Positions 60,340 to 64,000 of a stretch of DNA of 64,000 nt are shown one piece after another. This stretch comes from Lophium mytilinum (taxonomy: Eukaryota). The notes below the pieces were generated by a model. That model was not told the DNA's origin, made no database searches, and saw only the letters and a list, made by a program, of their open reading frames with translations. Made by a program: the position numbers and the translations under genes. How positions within the stretch are numbered: the stretch's first letter is position 1; the number at the start of each line of letters is the position of its first letter. The DNA is taken from contig MU004187.1 of assembly GCA_010093605.1 (NCBI GenBank), positions 806,001-870,000 on the forward strand, in the 5' to 3' direction.

Positions 60340-63103
60340 CCTATACTAGAGCTAGTAGAAAAGGGTGACTAAGTGTAAGTAAGGGCGACTGTATTCGAGG
60401 TCAGTTTCGAGGTGCAGCAGTACCATGATGGACGGATGAGGAGCTACAACTTCAATCTCGAATGCAAGCCGCAAGAGAGCGGAGATATAGACCACAATCG
60501 TAATGTTATCATTGCTGAAAAGTCGTCATCTCAATGAAACTTGGTAGATACAAGCAGGGTACGTACCGCTCAATATATCCGCTCAGGCTCCCGTGGACCT
60601 CCCAGAGAAATAACAGATACAGCCAACCAACATAATTGGCAAAGTTTGAAAGCTCTTGGTTTACTGGGATCGTTGCACATTGCACATGGAGAGCCCGATA
60701 TCAAGAAGAGGAGCGCCCCGAGAATTGGAAGAGTTGAAAATATAAATGGAATGGTTGTAGCGTCCGGAATTAAACCTAGATCAAGCAAATTGCTTGACCG
60801 TACTCAATCTCTCGCACGTCTAAAACCAGGCCACGTACACATGAGTTCTGAAGGCAGAGTACCGACTTAGACACCCTTATAGGGTGCAGGATTTGAAAAC
60901 TTGAATGTGGGGGTCAGACAATGTAAAGCGGACTTCAATCATGTGACTAGCCCATCGACCACGTGACTCGACCTACTGCATCACTTTTCCAGCACGTGCG
61001 ATATTAGAGGACTCAGATTGTAATTTGACCGTGTACATATCTGTGTGAGACACCTCCGGGCGTATCAATCGGAAGACAACAAAAATCGAAATCCCATACC
61101 CAGTAAACTCATCAGCGCCCCTCATACATCATCATCGCCCCGAAAACAGTCTTGCCTGCCGCGCAAAAGAACCGATCTTGGCACCAATGGCAGTATGTCG
61201 CATCGATGGGAGGTAGGGATTCGAACTTTATGGCGGGAGCGGCGAAGATACTAGTGCCCCTTGTGTCTACGAGGCAGTGGACGCCATTAAACCGGGAGGG
61301 AAAAGAGATTGTTGTTGGGACGTCGAATAATTCGTAGGCCGTTGTTGTCCCAAAGCTATGAGACTAGGTCAGCGATTCGATTATTCCGTTATGGGAATAC
61401 TGTCCCGATGATGTGCGCTTACATGTCCGAGTCCTCTGATACAATCTTGATATATCCAACTTGACAGGGGAAGAATGCAAGGACTGGTGTGACCACTTTA
61501 AGGAAGTGAATCTGCATCGTGCCGAAGTGAGGAATAAGTTGAGAGTGGCTAGTGTTGCGTTTGCTGTAAAGCGATTGTGTCTGCTGTATAATAGCGGCCG
61601 TTGTTGAAATGGAGCGGGTATTGATGAGATGGAGCAGATGTTGATGGAGGATGGTATGGGACGACATCTCCAGCATCGACGAAGGATGTAACGCTTCACG
61701 GGTCGCCTCGACTGCGGAGGAAAGAGTGCTGAGCTTTTCAATCGGTAGTAGCGACAGGAGCAGTGCCTCGCTCATGAAGACGAGGTTGAATGTCAGGAAG
61801 GCGGTCCCGGCAACGGAAGATAAGGAGCATACTTGAGCGACATCCATTTCCAGAATGAAAAGCTAGGCTAACTATGCACCGCCCTGACTTTAGTAGAACA
61901 TTCTGCTCAGAATCTCCAAATTATCCAGATATCTTTCGTGTGTAAGGATAATCCCACTCATTCGGTGGCACTGCAAAAGGCAGCCCAGCTGGCGGGCACT
62001 CGGTCGGGGAAAAGCTGGTCCAACTCTACTATGCCGTCCTCCACATCTTGTTCTTTAGTTCCGCACGCTCGATAGCTGTGTAAGAGGTAGCCCAGCTAGC
62101 GACGAGCGATTTAGCCCCAAGGTAGTCTAATCTCCACAGCTGTAACATTGACACTGTACCGTCCTTAAAGAGGTTGCAGGTGCCAACAAGCTGGACACTA
62201 CCATGAGTGATGGCATTATTGTCAGGTAGCTGGTTGGCCAAAATGTAGGCCGATTTCCGGGCTCTGTGATATTACTCTAACCAAGCCTGTGCCCATCCAA
62301 CTGCCAGCGCAGCTAAAGTCATCATCCACCCAGCGACTCCGAAGGCCCCTTGTACGTCATTGTCCTTCTTGCAAACCCACACGACCGCGAAGACTACGCT
62401 CCCAAGCATGAAGAACGTCATGACCAGCGTCCAGACGCGGTCTGCGTGGAAACCCTCGACGAGGTTGATGCCCCAGCCAACGCCAAAGTCAAGGCGAGCG
62501 CGGCGCTTAGGCGAGCGGAGGTACGTTATCAGTTCGCCATCGTAGTCTTCGGGGTGCTTGAACAGATGCAATAGGTATTTACTGCCGACCGGCGGCACGA
62601 GGTCAACGGGCTCGAAGTCATAGTCGGACTTTTGGGATGGCATATCAGGACATTTACGGATGTCTGCAAAGCGGTTTCGGTGTACTTCGAACTGAACGAG
62701 GGGGTGTTAGCAACGGCCCAGCCAGAGGGTCATGCAGTCTTGGGAAGCTATAACCACTTGCCTGTACGAAGTCAATTGTGGTCAATCCCCGCAATTTCAG
62801 AACTCTGAACAGTTTCCTATTCAAGTTCCCATAATGCTCTCTGAGAGCTAGGGCTAGGTCTTTGTCTGATTTGATCCGAGCAGGGTTGACGTCGAGATGT
62901 ACAACCTTCGGCGTATATCTGCCTTCATTGGCACACGTCAGAAGCCATTGGGGGTCAGGATAAGATGCAATTCGAACGCTGAAGGGGTTGTTGCTCCGCA
63001 GCATCGTGGGGCTGTATCTTGACGAGTCTCCTTGACCCCAGGATTGGGAGCCGCCATAAGTAGACTGAGGAGTCGCCAGTGTGGATGCCGTACTTGATGT
63101 GCT

Positions 63104-63175
63104 TGTTGGAGTATATAACGTCGCTTATTTTCCGGTCCCCCTAATCTTAGGCGGGGCGTGCTTTTTCATCCAACA
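63104..63175 (+). repeat. 5' LTR of TRIM copy 2
   Basis: TGTTGGA...TCCAACA, identical to 63554-63625. Confidence 0.95.
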
Positions 63176-63553
63176 GGTTATGAGCCCGGTTGCCCCCGGA
63201 TGGTCCACTTGGTTAGCACACCAGACTACACCCATGACTAGCCAGCGCGAACACCAACTTACGGGTTCGACACGCACACAATGGCATCTTGGGAGTCTTT
63301 TACCAGGACTAATTTCCAATTTTCCGCAACTGCATGGAAAACTCGTCCCGCCTACACAAAAATCAATATTCCAAAGGGAAAAAATTACTCCCTACCCTCC
63401 TAGGAGGAATAAGCATAACTCTATGCATAAATATTATAATATTATACATCTCTCGGTGCGCTTTTGCATCTTTCTACTAATCAATCAACCCCAATTATTA
63501 AGCTACAACGCTTTTTGCCACCTGAAACCTTCTCACAGCTCTATTACGGGGCG

Positions 63554-63625
63554 TGTTGGAGTATATAACGTCGCTTATTTTCCGGTCCCCCTAATCTTAG
63601 GCGGGGCGTGCTTTTTCATCCAACA
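63554..63625 (+). repeat. 3' LTR of TRIM copy 2
   Basis: Identical to 63104-63175. Confidence 0.95.
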
Positions 63626-64000
63626 GTGCTGAAGACGCTAGACATAGTGGAGCCGGTGCTGCTCCTTCCTGGAGTACCCGGAGTGTGTGTTCGTGGCCGG
63701 TTGAGAAAGGCTTCTAGCAATCGTGCAGCGCCTCTGCGTTTCTCGATGAAATCGTCATACAACTGCTCTCCACAAGACTGAAACCCAAGTTAGTTCGAGG
63801 ATTCAAGATTGGAAGCAAAACTGCAACTTACGCAAGTCCATCTTACACGTACATGATCCCGTGGAACGGGACGCTCACTGCCGTACGTATCTTGCAGGAA
63901 ATTTATGCCCTCAAACAACTTGGAAGACAATGCGGAAGAGGCAAGAGAAACAAAAGTCATGACTGGACTCCGGGACTGGTTTGGTGGCTGTCGGACCTCG

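Larger units (their letters stand above)
63104..63625 (+). mobile_element. Non-autonomous Copia-type LTR retroelement (TRIM), copy 2, 522 bp
   Basis: Identical 72-bp LTRs 63104-63175 and 63554-63625; TSD GTGCT (63099-63103, 63626-63630); PBS GGTTATGAGCCC 63176-63187; GGGGCG before the 3' LTR. Confidence 0.96.
62272..64000 (-). pseudogene. Conserved-type ascomycete hypothetical protein with two C-terminal TM segments (5'-partial), disrupted by TRIM insertion
   Basis: Spliced frame ERPVPRDHVRVRWTC|SCGEQLYDDFIEKRRGAA...SSVF[insertion]STSS...WLLTC...IDFVQ|FEVH...PPVGSKYLLHLF...GWGINLVEG...TM-DVQGAF-TM. Introns 63831-63778 (GT-AG) and 62761-62692 (GC-AG). Confidence 0.8.

Noticed and set aside
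61364..62241. Minus-strand ORFs of 70-142 aa
   Set aside because: No recognisable domain or coherent gene model.
1..64000. Starship or other giant element, or a secondary-metabolite cluster
   Set aside because: No tyrosine-recombinase captain, transposase, PKS, NRPS or terpene synthase is visible in the window.

Overview
Filamentous ascomycete (Pezizomycotina-type) nuclear DNA with short spliceosomal introns and CTAAC/CTGAC branch sites. The main feature is a cluster of at least 12 divergent paralogues between <1 and 55,464. Each has a long, unrelated low-complexity N-terminus followed by one shared ~150-180 aa domain that I cannot assign to a named family (approximate consensus W-x-P...P...V..L..A+.N/D..G..D...W...Y...+E..A..+...LH..G...L.F..R+..+...L...K..C..++.G...+.(G/A)P...N...N..K). 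The six co-oriented members on the left share three phase-0 introns inside the domain; the six on the right have no intron in the domain. Three more low-complexity orphan genes sit in the cluster, one with a SAP/HeH-like C-terminus. Of the recognisable non-family genes, one class II heme peroxidase is intact and four look broken: a PTH11-like membrane protein (in-frame TAG), a cytochrome P450 (frameshifts), a HET-domain gene (in-frame TAA) and a conserved membrane-anchored gene interrupted by a transposon. Mobile DNA comprises two complete copies of a ~530 bp non-autonomous Copia-type LTR element (TRIM; 72-bp LTRs, half-tRNAiMet-type PBS, 5-bp TSDs) and two copies of a ~227 bp Tc1/mariner-type MITE. 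All gene models were read by eye and no database search was run.
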